Shown here: one piece after another, positions 11,314 through 23,336 of the stretch | Layout of the letters: every line of letters starts with the position of its first letter | Position numbering within the stretch: the stretch's first letter is position 1 | NCBI RefSeq assembly: GCF_963506605.1 | Contig: NC_083277.1 | Coordinates: 4,030,001 to 4,094,000 of the forward strand | Direction: 5' to 3' | Source of the DNA: Zootoca vivipara | Lineage: Eukaryota | DNA length: 64,000 bases | Made by a program: the position numbers and the translations under genes | The notes under the pieces: generated by a model | Database searches by the model: none | The model's input: only the letters and a program-made list of their open reading frames with translations | What the model was told of the DNA's origin: nothing

Positions 11314-12437
11314 CTAAATGGTTCCTCCTGTGTGCGTCTGCTGATGTAAAGCAAGGCTTCCATTCTTCCTGAAGCTCTTCCCACATTTCGTACACTCAAA
11401 TGGCTTCTCCCGTGTGTGGGTTGTCTGATGTAGAGTAAGGTGACCGAGCTGGGTGAAGCTCTTCCCACATTCCAGGCATTTAAACGGCTTCTCCCCGCTG
11501 TGGGTTCTGTAATGTAGAGTAAGGCGGCTGGGACGCTGGAAGCTTTTCCCGCACTCTGTACATTTAAAGGGCTTCTCCCCTGTGTGAGTTCTCTGATGTT
11601 GAGCAAGGCCGCTACTATCAGTGAACCTCTTCCCGCATTCCATGCACTGAAAGGGTTTCTCCCCTGTGTGTATTCTCTGATGGGAAGTCAGGTTTATGAG
11701 CTGGCTGAATCTCTTCCCGCAGGCCACGCATTTCAACGGCTTCTCCCCTGTGTGTGTTCTGTAATGTATTGTAAGGTGGCTGGGCTGTCGGAAGCTCTTT
11801 CCGCACTCTGTACATTTAAATGGTTTTTCTCCTGTGTGGGTTCTCTGATGTTGAGCAAGGCCACTACTAACAGTATAGCTCTTTCCACACTCCATGCATT
11901 TAAAAGGTTTCTCCCCCGTGTGAGTTCTCTGGTGGGAAGTAAGGTGAGTGTTCCTACTGAAGGTTTTCCCACATTCTCTGCATTTAAAGGGTTTCTCCCC
12001 AGTGTGTGTTCTCGTATGTGTAAGGAGGGTACTGCTCTCACTGAAACTCTTCCCACAGTCCACACATTTGAATGGTTTCACCCCAGTGTGGGTTCTTATA
12101 TGTGTAAGAAGGCTCCAACTTGAGCTCAAGCTCTTTCCACACTCCGTGCACTTAAATGGTTTCTCTCCCGTGTGGCTTCTGCAATGCCTATTTAAGTTTG
12201 ATTCGTATCTAAATATCTTCCCACACATGGGACAAATTTTCTGGCTGTTTCCTTGTCCGTCTTCCTGCAGGATTTGGGGTTCATGGACATTAACCTCCAG
12301 AGAAGGTGAGGATTTCTCTTCTCCATGCTTTTTAGGTTCACTTTCACCTGCAACCATCTCTTTTCCTTCTTCAGCTGTAGGAGTTTCTGACGATAGCATA
12401 GATGTCTCCTTAGAATTCCCATTATTCCGCCCATCAT
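11314..12437 (-). CDS. C2H2 zinc-finger protein G2, finger exon (11 fingers), inverted paralog of G1
   Basis: cag acceptor at 12440-12438; spacer peptide identical to G1 over more than 50 aa; 11 intact fingers. Confidence 0.95.
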
Positions 12438-12682
12438 CTGGGGTGAAGTTTGAGAAGAATAAAACATTTTTTTAAAAAAAATTCCAGCAGAAAACAAAGG
12501 ATTTCAAACTGTGTGTATATGGGTTCATTATTTTATGTTATTTGCAGACACCAAAAGCTGGGTTTACCTTCTGAATATGCTGTCCTCCAGGAGGACAATA
12601 TAAACTCCGTCCTGGTCAATGTCCCACTTTACATCAGCAGGCACAGATCTGTCTGTTCCTTTGCCTTCAAATCTCTCTGCAG

Positions 12683-13173
12683 CAGAGGTTTTCAACCTTT
12701 TGGGGCCCATGGCTCCCTCAACCAAATGCAATCTTTCTGCAGCACCCCTGTGGGGATCAGGAGCTCAGTTATGTCACCCCTTGCCTGCAGAGCTGGCAGC
12801 CTCTCACCCCTTTTCGAACACTTTCCCTTGTGGAGTGTTCCCTCAGCCTCTTCTCCTCGGGAGACCTCTGGGCAGCTGCTGTTGTGGCCTGGTCTCTGAG
12901 CTGCCCCACCTCCTCGCACTGCCTCCTCACACTCCCCCACAGGGACCTGGGAAGCACCCTCTGGCCAGCCCCAGAGAGACCATTCACCTGGGGAGCTTGG
13001 AGTCAGGGCTGCTGCCACAAACAGCTGTGCAAGCCTTTGGGAGGCAGAGAGGCAAGAGGGTATCCGAGGAGGGAGGGAAGGAAAGAGGGACAGAGGCCAG
13101 TGTTGCCCAGGGCACCCCTGAGCATCATTCAAGGCACCCCAGGGTGCCACAGCACAGTGATTGAAAACCACTG
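12683..13173. mobile_element. Non-autonomous hAT transposon in the G2 intron
   Basis: TIRs CAGAGGTTTTCAA/TTGAAAACCACTG, perfect 8-bp TSD CTCTGCAG; same insertion, truncated, at 2462-2567 in G1. Confidence 0.85.
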
Positions 13174-13448
13174 CTCTGCAGGGTTTCACATGGGGACTCT
13201 AGTGATCACAAAGACAGGATTGAACCTTCGGATTTCTACATCCAAAGACTACATTCTAACACTGAACTCTGGGTTTTCTCCAAAGGGAGGGGGTGGCTCA
13301 AGATTAACACTACCCAAGTTTGCTACTTTGTGCTCTTCCCATTACTGTACAGTGGTACCTCGGTTTAAGTACACAATTGGTTCCGGAAGTCTGTACTTAA
13401 CCTGAAGCGTACTTAACCCGAAGTGAATTTTCCCATTGAAAGTACAGT

Positions 13449-13537
13449 CATAGCTGCCAAGTTTTCCCTTTTCTCGCGAGTAAGCTATTCAGCATAAGGG
13501 AATTTCCCTTAAAAAAAGGGAGAACTTGGCAGCTATG
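13449..13537. mobile_element. 89-bp hAT MITE
   Basis: TIR CATAGCTGCCAAGTT, perfect 8-bp TSD AGTACAGT; second copy at about 52570-52657. Confidence 0.85.
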
Positions 13538-13590
13538 AGTACAGTATAGCCTTTTCCCTTGACGGTTCAAAAATCTGTACCGTACCGTAC

Positions 13591-13679
13591 CTGCCAATCT
13601 CTCACCTTCCCCAGAGGCCGGGCGAATTGGTTCTTCTCTTTCCAGCGAAGACATCAAGTCTGCTTTGAGAATGTCTTTC
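13591..13679 (-). CDS. KRAB-B-like exon of G2 (probable start ATG at 13654)
   Basis: KDILKADLMSSLEREEPIRPASGEGERLA-G|gtac, phase 1, in frame with 12437. Confidence 0.7.
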
Positions 13680-13899
13680 CTAGAAACACAACAGGCCGAG
13701 GTTTTTTTCTGAGAACAAAATACCCAGGGATCCAAAGTAAACCCATTGCATTGCTCTTTGAAACCATCCTGGAAGCCAAGACCTCAGTTTTAAACTATTT
13801 AAACCCATCAGGTTTTCTGATGATCTCGGACATTCAAAGCTCTGGGGGCGCAAAGGTCCCCCACCCCCACCCCAGCAAGGCTGTTTACCCCATAGCGGG

Positions 13900-14560
13900 T
13901 TTCTCCTGTCCGGGCTGCATCATGTTTCCCCCTCCCATCAGAAGGCGGCGCCTTTCTTTTCAGAGCTGGGGGGGAGGCTTTAAAAGGGCTTTAAAAGTGC
14001 TTTAAAAGTGCTTGCATTGGCAGCACTTTGGGCCACACGACGCAAGCGCGCAGCACGGATAATCCACGACCCCACCCCGTGCATTTCCCGAGGAAAAGTG
14101 CTCCGCGTGGGAGTGTTTCTCCTTCATTACCCCTCAAACAAATCCTCCCTGGGTTCCCTCCCCCTTTCACTACCCCACAAAAATCGCACCTCGGCGCTTT
14201 GCAGCCGTTCCTCTGCGCGCACGTTTCCCAAGAGCGCTTCTGCAACGCCCCCAGCGCTGCCTTTGGATGGCAATTTCCTGCTTCTCCGGGAAGCAAAGCC
14301 CGGGTCATTCGCCCAGGGGAGGGCTGCCTGGGGGGCTCCCTCCCTTTTGCCTACCGCTGCTTGCAACTTCCCCCATTTAATGTGGGGAAGAGAAGACACC
14401 CCCTTTCGCGTTTATCTGGGGCTCGGTTCGTCCATGAGGCTCGCTGAGGATTTCTCCACCCCCCACATCGCGGTGTTGTATTTTAGCGCTGCAGCTGCTC
14501 CAGGGAGCTTGAGGGGAGAGAGCGAGCGAGCTGGAAATGCCCCTGTGCAAAGCACCATAG
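13900..14560. promoter_or_regulatory. CpG-rich putative promoter between divergent G2 and G3
   Basis: Locally high GC and CpG density upstream of both genes; inference only. Confidence 0.45.
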
Positions 14561-14564
14561 GGGA

Positions 14565-15258
14565 TCATAGAATCATAGGATCATAGTTGGAAGAGACCAC
14601 AAGGGCCATCCAGTCCAACCCCCTGCCGAGCAGGAAACACCATCAAAGCATTCTTGACAGATGCCTGTCAAGCCTCTGCTTAAAGACCTCCAAAGAAGGA
14701 GACTCCACCACACTCCTTGGTAGCAAATTCCACTGCCGAACAGCTCTTACTGTCAGGAAGTTCTTCCTAATGTTTAGGTGGAATCTTCTTTCTTATAGTT
14801 TGAACCCACTGCTCCGTGTCTGCTTCTCTGGAGCAGCAGGAAACAACCTTCCACCCTCCTCTATATGACATCCTTTTATATATTTTGAACATGGCTATCA
14901 TATCACCCCTTAACCTTCTCTTCTCCAGGCTAAACATACCCAGCTCCCTAAGCCGTTCCTCATAAGGCATCTTTGACCATTTTGGTTGCCCTCTTCGGGA
15001 CACGTTCCAGCTTGTCAGTATCCTTCTTGAACTGTGGTGCCCAGAACTGGACACAGTACTCCAGGTGAGGTCTGACCAGAGCTGAATACAGTGGTACTAT
15101 TACTTCCCTTGATCTAGATGCTATACTATAGATGCAGCCCAGAATTGCATTGACTTTTTTAGCTGCTGCATCACACTGTTGACTCATGCCACGTTTGTGG
15201 TCTACCAAGACTCCTAGATCCTTTTCACATGTACTGCTCTCAAGTCAGGTGTCTCCCA
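14565..15258 (-). mobile_element. CR1 LINE 3' fragment
   Basis: Close reverse-complement match to about 30245-30940 including the ATTCTATG-type tail. Confidence 0.92.
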
Positions 15259-16644
15259 GGGATCTTCAAAGTGGCGCAGCGTTTGCAAGATCATCTTTGG
15301 ATCCCCAATCCCCTGCAGAGAGATCAGCTTAGGCATCGTGAGTTTTGCTCCCCCTGTGCTGTTTTTAAGCGCTACAGCTGGGGTGTCCTTTTGCAGGCCC
15401 CCCCAAATCTCCCGAGAAGGAAGAGAGCTGGAAACGTCGCATGACCGTAGAATTGCAGAGTTGGAAGGGGTACCAAGGGCCATCTAGTCCAACCCCCCTG
15501 CAGTTCAGGAATCTCAGCGCAGGATGGGGAAAGCCTGGCCAGATGTGTCCCGTCCCCCCCACCCGCGTTGCTTTCTGCAGCCTCCAGCACAACATCAAAG
15601 GAGTAGCAGCAAGAGGAAGCGGGGGGGGGGGTGCAGGCAGCTCCCTGTCGCTCAGTCCTCCCCCACTAGACAGATGAACCGAGCTGTGGTTTCCTAGAGA
15701 GGCAGGAAGCTGCCATCGCAAGGGGAGTGGGGGGGGCGCTGTTGGAAGCCCCTCCATATTCCATGGGAGTGGACGAGTCTTGGAGAGAGGGAAGCTGGAG
15801 CGCGCAGCGGACAAGAGGTGCAATGCATGGGGGTGGCGTGGCATGGGGGTTAGGGGGAAGGAGGAAAGGCCCCCCCCACTCCATTGGCAATAGTAATAGA
15901 ATAGTTACAACAATTGGTTGTAACATCGCTGTTACATTTCATTAATTACATTCCATTTATAATTGAGCCGCCTAACCTAACGACAAATAATTACAATTTC
16001 AACAAATAAAGGCTTGACATATCTTGCTTTGCATGTCATGCATCTATCTCATATATTGATTTCACCTTTTAAGTTGCATTACTGAAATAAATTCACTTTT
16101 CGACGATATTATAATTTTCCAAGTTTCACCTGTGTTCAGCTTGGGTAGGGGGACCAGATGCATTGTTGAAGAGGAAGCAGCATTTGGGAGTGGGGGGCAT
16201 AAATAATAATAATTTATTTATACCCTGCCCATCAGGCTGGGTTTCCGCAGCCATTCTGGGCGGCTCCCAACAAATATTAATAAAAAAGCAATAAAACATC
16301 AAACATTAAAAACTTCCCTAAGCAGAGCTGCCTTCAGGTGTCTTCTAAAAGTAAGATGTAAGGATTGACATGTGGCCTGTACTGTTTTTAGAGAGCACAC
16401 ATGGGCTTAGCCAGGGGGCAGCAACAGCTCCCCCTAAATTACAGTAAGTAAATAAATAAAAATACTTAACTAACTGACCAATTGCATCACAGATAACTCG
16501 GTTATGCCCCCCTAACATAAAGCCTGCTCCCCCTAAAATGAATCCTTCATTTCCTTTTCTTAAATCTTCCAACATTCAGCTTCATGGATGTGTTGGGAGA
16601 GAGGGAGAAGAAAAATTCCGTATATTCTCTTTCTCTTTCTCCAG

Positions 16645-16742
16645 GGTCTGGATAAACGTTCAAAGAGGTGGCTGTGCATTTCACCCTGCTGGATCCAGAC
16701 CAAAGGTCATGGAGGAGAATTATGGGACTCTGTCCTCTCTAG
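16645..16742 (+). CDS. Internally deleted KRAB-A exon of G3; residual MEENYGTLSSL-G can splice in frame
   Basis: Strong acceptor ttctctttctccag; remnants GAGGTGGCTGTGCATTTCACC and CTGCTGGATCCAGACCAAAG; ATG at 16709; G|gtaag donor; 98 nt versus 127. Confidence 0.75.
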
Positions 16743-16801
16743 GTAAGGACACGTCCCCCCCCCCCCATTCCTTGATTAAAATACGTTTGGGGCATATTCC
16801 C

Positions 16802-16842
<41 letters not shown>

Positions 16843-16848
16843 TTATTA

Positions 16849-17103
16849 TAGTCATACCTCTGGATACGAATGCTGTGGGTTGCGTACAACATGGGTTACG
16901 AATGCACCGAACCCGGAAGTAACAGAACGGGTTACTTCCAGGTTCGGAGGTTCGCGCATGCACAGAAGCGTCGAATGACGGCATGCACAGAAGCGCTGAA
17001 TCGCAACCCATGTGTGCGCAGAAGTGCTGACGCGGGTTGCATACTGCTCTGGATGCGAACAGGGCTCCGGAATGGATCCCGTTTGCATCCGGAGGTACCA
17101 CTG
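16849..17103. mobile_element. Tc1/mariner (Tigger-like) MITE inserted in an L2 tail
   Basis: Ends ...GAGGTACCACTG followed by TA; same terminal family at 13350-13444, 37140-37803 and 47635-47822. Confidence 0.7.
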
Positions 17104-17613
17104 TATTTATACCCTGCCCATCAGGCTGGGTTTCCCCAGCCACTCTGGGCAGCTCCCAACCGAATATTAATAAAAAAGCAATAAAACATCAAACATTAAA
17201 CACTTCCCTAAACAGGGCTGCCTTCAGATGTCTTCTAAAAGTCAAACAGTTTATTTCCTTGACATCTGGTGGGAGGGCGTTCCACAGGGCAGGTGCCACT
17301 ACTGAGAAGGCCCTCTGTCTGGTTCTCTTTAGCTTCACTTCTTGCAGTGAGGGAACCGCCAGAAGGCCCTCGGCGCTGGATCTCTGTGTCTGGGCTGAAT
17401 GATGGGGGTGGAGTCAGATGTACTAGGATGAGGACGTTTGGGCTTTACAGGTCAGCACCAACACTTTGATTTGTGCTCGGGAACATACTGGGAGCCAATG
17501 TAGGCCTTTCAGGACCGGTGTTATGTGGTCTCGGCAGCTGCTCCCATTCACCAGTCTAGCTGCCACATTCTGCATTAGTTGTAGTTTCCGGGTCACCTTC
17601 AAAGGTTGCCCCA
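17104..17613 (-). mobile_element. L2-clade LINE 3' fragment
   Basis: KLQLMQNVAARLV...DHITPVLKGLHWLPV; same 3' end as 2568-3308. Confidence 0.85.
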
Positions 17614-17821
17614 CGTATGTTTAGAGAAGGAACACAGATCAGGAAGAGGAACTGGTTCCGCACAGAGGATCCTATCTTCAACCTCTGGCATCTCCATGGG
17701 GGAAAGCTAGCAGCTGGTGGGAATGCCCTGAGATCATGGGAGATCCACCTGCTAGTTGAATGCGTCCACGCGGAGGTTTGACGAAGAATCAATTTGACCT
17801 GGTATGTGGAAGCCTCCAAAT

Positions 17822-17957
17822 CAGGCATCCCCAAACTGCGGCCCTCCAGATGTTTTGGCATACAACTCCCATGATCCCTAGCTAACAGGACCAGTGGTCA
17901 GGGATGATGGGAATTGTAGTCCAAAACATCTGGAGGGCCGAAGTTTGGGGATGCCTG
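17822..17957. mobile_element. 136-bp hAT MITE
   Basis: TIR CAGGCATCCCCAAACT, perfect TSD CTCCAAAT. Confidence 0.9.
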
Positions 17958-18240
17958 CTCCAAATGTTCTTGAGGGCTTTTAAAGTGTTTGAAAAGTGCC
18001 CATCTCTGCCCCAAGGCCAGAAGGCCTGCCGCCTTCTTCTGAATCTCCAGTAGGTAACTGATGCTCCACTTGTTTTCCCAAAGCTGATATCCAGGAGGTC
18101 CACTGTTAGCTGGTGCAGGGAATCCTTGGCTAGGAGGACAAAGCTTCCACATTTCTTGGGAATACTAAAATCAGAGAGGCAGCAAATTGGGGTCAACTGT
18201 GATAATATCTCATGTTTCTACCTTTTCTCTCACCCCCCAG

Positions 18241-19628
18241 GAAATGATGGATTGAGCAGTGAGAAGTGTATGGCAAAATATTTGGTGTCACTGGAAAAAG
18301 CTGAGCATGAATCAGGAAAAAAGATGCTTGGAAGTGAAAGAGGACCAAGAAGGGATGAGGGAAACCACTCAGAGGATAGGGGGAAGGAGGTGCCTGCTTC
18401 CCAGAGTGCTGCTGTCCAGGAACCCCTGAGCCAACAGGAAGATCACAAAAGAAACGGCAGGAAAGCATGCTTGGTGTGTGGGAAAACATTTAGACATCAA
18501 TCGAACTTAAATATACATTGCAGGGTCCACACAGGAGAGAAACCATATACATGCATCGAGTGTGGGAAGAGCTTCAATCTGAGAAGCAATCTTACTAGAC
18601 ATCAAAACACACATACAGGAGAGAAGCCGTATAAATGTATGGAGTGCGGGAAGTGCTTCAGTGACAGCAGTAGCCTCACTCGACACCAAGCCACCCACGC
18701 TGAGGAGAAACCATACCCTTGCATGAATTGTGGAAAGAGCTTTTGTGTGAGGAGTAGCCTCCTTTTACACCAAAGAACACACACAGAAGAGAAGCCATTT
18801 AAGTGTGCCGAGTGTGGAAAGAGCTTCATTGAAATCAGTAGCCTTACTAAACATCAGAGAATCCACAGAGGGGAGAAACCGTTTAAATGCAAGGAGTGCG
18901 GGAAGAGCTTCAGTCAGAGCGGCAACCTTACGTTACATCAAAGAACACACACGGGCGAAAAGCCATGTCAGTGTGCCGAGTGTGGAAAGTGCTTCCGTAG
19001 CAGCAGCAGCCTTACTTTACATCAGAGAATCCACACGGGGGAGAAACCATATACATGCGTTGAGTGTGGGAAAAGCTTCAGCGTCCGTAGTAGCTTTACT
19101 TCACATCAGAGAATGCACACACAGGATAAACCGTTTAAGTGCGTGGAGTGTGGGAAGAGCTTTAGTCAGAGCAGTAGCCTGACGACACATCAGAGGACAC
19201 ACACAGGGGAGAAGCCGTACAAATGTGTCAGCTGTGGGAAGTGTTTCAATGACAGCAGTGGCCTCACTTTACATCAAAGGACCCACACAGGGGAGAGACC
19301 CTTCAAATGCACGGTGTGTGGGAAAAGCTTCAGTCTGAGTAGTAACCTTAGCAGACATCAAAAAACACACACAGGAGAGAAGCCATATAAATGTATGGAG
19401 TGTGGAAAGTGCTTTATTGACAGCAGTGCTCTTACTTTACATCAGAGAATGCACACAGGGGAGAAACCATTTAAATGCACGGTGTGTGGAAAGAACTTCA
19501 GTGCAAACAGTCGGCTTGCTAGACATCAAAGAATACATACAGGAGAGAAAACATGGTGTGGGAAAAACTTCGGGGACAAAGCAAACCTTTGGGGACATCA
19601 AAAAACCCACACAGGTGAAAACCTGTAA
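18241..19628 (+). CDS. C2H2 zinc-finger protein G3, finger exon (13 intact and 1 degenerate finger)
   Basis: Acceptor ccttttctctcaccccccag ending at 18240, phase 1; open frame to 19628. Confidence 0.95.
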
Positions 19629-19844
19629 AACTGCATGGGGTGTGGACCTTGGAAGACTTCCTAAACACTAAAACACACAGTGGCGAAGTTACGGAAAGGT
19701 ACAAAGTGTGGAAAAAGCCATGTGAGCACCAGCCTTCCTCAACATCTGAGAACCCTTGGAGGAAAGAAACCCCATACATGTAAAGAATATGGCTAATTTC
19801 TGCGTTATGAGAGGACTGATTTGGCTGCAGTGACATATCCTTTA

Positions 19845-20202
19845 GACCTTTAAAGCCCTAAACGGCCTCGGCCCAGTCTACCTGAAGGAGCGTCTCCACC
19901 CCCATCGTTCTGCCCGGACACTGAGGTCCAGCGCCGAGGGCCTTCTGGCAGTTCCCTCACTGCGAGAAGTGAAGCTACAGGGAACCAGGCAGAGGGCCTT
20001 CTCGGTAGTGGCACCCACCCTGTGGAACACCCTCCCACCAGATGTAAAAGAGAAAAACAACTACCAGAATTTTAGAAGACATCTGAAGGCAGCTCTGTTT
20101 AGGGAAGCTTTTAATGTGTGACATTTTAATGTACTGTATTTTAATCTTTGTTGGAAGCCGCCCAGAGTGGCTGGGGAAACCCATCTGGATGGGCAGGGTA
20201 CA

Positions 20203-20238
<36 letters not shown>
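19845..20238 (+). mobile_element. L2-clade LINE 3' fragment
   Basis: Same family 3' end with (ATT)n tail. Confidence 0.85.
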
Positions 20239-20240
<2 letters not shown>

Positions 20241-20844
20241 ATCCAGGTTCAATGACTGGAATGGGCGCTGCCTTTGAAAAGTGCTCCAAAACTTCAGCTG
20301 ACTCAAAGATCAGCAGCCAGATTGTCAGCTGGGGCTGGTTATAGCCTGGGGAACATACGACTCCCTTGTTACAACAGCTCCACCAGGAGTACCAGTTTGT
20401 TTGGGGCACAAGTGCTGTTCATGAACTGTATATGACTTACGTCCAAGCTATCTGAATGTGTTCCCTCATTTGAAACTGCCCAGGTTCTGAGGTCTTCACG
20501 GGAGGCTCTTCTCTCGGTCCCACCAACCTCACAGGCATCCTTGATAGGGACACATCAGAGGGCCTTCTCAGTGGTTGCTCCCAGACTTTGGAACTCCCTG
20601 GAAAAGTTAGACAGACTCCCTCCTTCTTGTCCTTCTGCAGGCAGGCGAAGACTTTCCAGCAGGCCTTTGGGAACTGCTGTTTTAATGAAAGGGCTGCCAC
20701 CATACTGCTTTTATTGTAATTATTAGTTTGGTTTTAATGGATGTGCTAGATGTACACACACTATCAGTGTTGATTTAAAAAATATATATCCCCCCCTATT
20801 TTTAGTGGTTCTTATTATCTGTAAACTGCCTTGAGTCCCATCAA

Positions 20845-20893
<49 letters not shown>

Positions 20894-21084
20894 TTTCCCA
20901 CTTCTGAGAATGTAGTGAAAGTTTATGGTGGGACTGCCCAGAGGTATTTAAATAGTGGGAAATGGTTTGTGAATAAATTGCCAAAAATACTCAAATAATC
21001 CCATCCCAATTTTAGCACAGATTTGTTTACAAAATCTGTGGCATGATCAGCTGAAAGGGTTCGGCTCCCAGGAACTGTTAACGT

Positions 21085-21327
21085 GGATGCTTGTGACGCC
21101 CAGAATTTCATTTGTGCCCAAATGGAAACTTGCCAAGATGTATAAGAACAAATCTTCTGAGTGCTGGAGGTGCAACAAAGAAAAGGGGTCTTTTATACAT
21201 ATGTGGTGGAATTGTCCTGCAATAAGCATATACTGGAATACAATCTATGAAGAACTTTAAAATTGTTAAAATGTACGTTTAGAAAAAGACCAGAAATATT
21301 CTTATTAAACATAATACCAGAAGAGAT

Positions 21328-21375
<48 letters not shown>

Positions 21376-21862
21376 ACACTAATGTATGGGATAGTTGCAG
21401 CAAGAGTTTTGGTTGCTAGAAAGTGGAAGAGTAAAAGCTTACCCAGCATAATGGATTGGCAGATCTTGATGTTAGAGTACCTGCAGTTAGCCAAAACAAT
21501 GGGAAGAACAAGAGGACAAATGAAACAAAATATATATAAGGAATGGAGGATGTTCAAAGAGTATTTAAGGAGTAATGGTATATCGGAAATCCTAGTGGCA
21601 GATCTAGGCTGAACCTGGTATAAATTTAAAGAAATAAAGAATGTGAAAAAAAGGAATGAAAAGGCAAGTAAATAGTCACAACTGTGCGATAAAATAACGA
21701 AAATATATATAGACTACAGAGAGAATAATCGGAAGTTTGGTTTTTCATTGTTGCAGTTTTTATTTATTTTTTCTTGTTTTCTTGTATTCCTTTTTTCTTA
21801 TAAATTTCTAGTTTCGTTTTTTCTTTATTTTCTTTTTTCTGATTCTTTGTATTGTATTGCCT

Positions 21863-21902
<40 letters not shown>

Positions 21903-22005
21903 GTGAAAGGTGTAAATATTGTATAATGTATGTATGTATGTATGTATGTATGTATGTATGTATGTATGTATGTGGTATTTTAAACTATTAAAACAATAAA
22001 GAATT
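21085..22005 (+). mobile_element. Decayed L1/Tx1-clade 3' fragment with (GATA)n, (TA)n and (TATG)n tracts
   Basis: CWRC...HMWWNCP and AARVLVARKWK motifs as in 8103-9198. Confidence 0.75.
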
Positions 22006-22059
22006 GATGAAAACAAACAAACACACATTTCCTTTCCTTTCCTGTCTATTTATAATATT

Positions 22060-22207
22060 TGCCAGCCTGGAGCTCTGGTCCTGCAACCTCCCTCCAGGGG
22101 AACTTCCTCACTCCCACCATCCCTCTGAGGGTCCTGGGAGGGAATGCTTGGAGGTGGTGGGGAGAGATGCAGGTTCCTGGGAGGGAGGAAGAAGCAAAAG
22201 GAGCCTC
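22060..22207 (-). pseudogene. Internally deleted relic of the WTVDLVRL-type exon
   Basis: Acceptor cttcttcctccctcccag|gaacctgca joined directly to the exon 3' part (CCTGCA microhomology); donor missing. Confidence 0.65.
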
Positions 22208-22395
22208 GGTGCTGGGGACACTGCGGATTCTGCTTCAGGGGACCCCGTTAAATAGGGTTGCTACCTTTGTTCCGGCAAAATACAGGGCGGTTGGGGGTAT
22301 TTCCTCCCCCCCCCCTTAATCTGTTGCTGAAGTTATTTCAAAGCAATCCATTACAATCTGTTGCAGCCTAACAGGACGCCCCCCCCTCCGGGATT

Positions 22396-22449
<54 letters not shown>

Positions 22450-23201
22450 CATTCCAACAATTTGCTCCATTGCCCCTCCCAACAATTTCGTTTTCCAGCA
22501 GGTGCAAGGAGCAACAAGGCAACCATCTATGTTGGGCCTGAATCTCCTCACAATTTTTCGTTTTAAAAAAATCATTATTAAATGGAGCACCATTAGCACT
22601 GAACTCCTGAGAAATTATTCAGAATTTATAAAAAAATAATAATTCCAAATGCATTGGAAATGAAAGGAACATGAAGGGATATATTACCACGTTTGGTGAA
22701 CATGTAAAAAAGTCAAAAATATTATTGGGCATGAAATCACATTAGATGTATCACAAAGGTAGAGGTTGAAGCCAGGGAGTCTGATGTTCGCTTATGAAAA
22801 CAACCCCGGCACCTTTGATGCAGAAACATTTAGGATTCCATCTGCCGTTTGGGTCATTTAGCAAAGAGGATTTCACAAGACACAGAAAATGTGGAACTAG
22901 AAAGGGCTTGGCTGACTTTCACGTTCAAGGTAAGTTTCTAAACTACAAAGGGGAAATAGGAGGAGGGAAACCTTTCCCAGTGGAGTAGACATATTCAACC
23001 CAAACATCAGAAAATTGTCCACCCATCACAATACTCACAAAGAGCCCCCCCCCCACATCCATCAATGAAGTATCACCAATAATAATAATTTATTTACATG
23101 CCTCCTATCTGACTAGGTTCCCCCAGCCACTCTTAGGTGGCTTCCAATCCGCACTTTCTTTTTGGGATGGAGAGGAGGACAAATTGAGGATATGTTCAGC
23201 C

Positions 23202-23336
23202 CAGTACTATTTTTCCAGAACAAGAGGTGCCGGAACTCACTGCAAACGCCTCTCTTGTTCTCTTCTAATGGCAATGGCACCTACCTGAGAAGGGCCGGAA
23301 CGGAGTTACTATGAGTTCCGGCTAAAAAAAGCCCTG
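23202..23336. mobile_element. hAT MITE
   Basis: Ends AAAAAAAGCCCTG; flanking 8-mers GTTCAGCC/TTTCAGCC. Confidence 0.6.

Noticed and set aside
18070-18125. PKADI-like possible KRAB-B relic in the G3 intron
   Set aside because: Too short, followed by a stop, and lacking convincing splice sites.
18126-18240. ORF-track N-terminal extensions upstream of finger exons (also 3394, 33959, 46735)
   Set aside because: They run through polypyrimidine tracts, acceptors or L2 sequence and are intronic.
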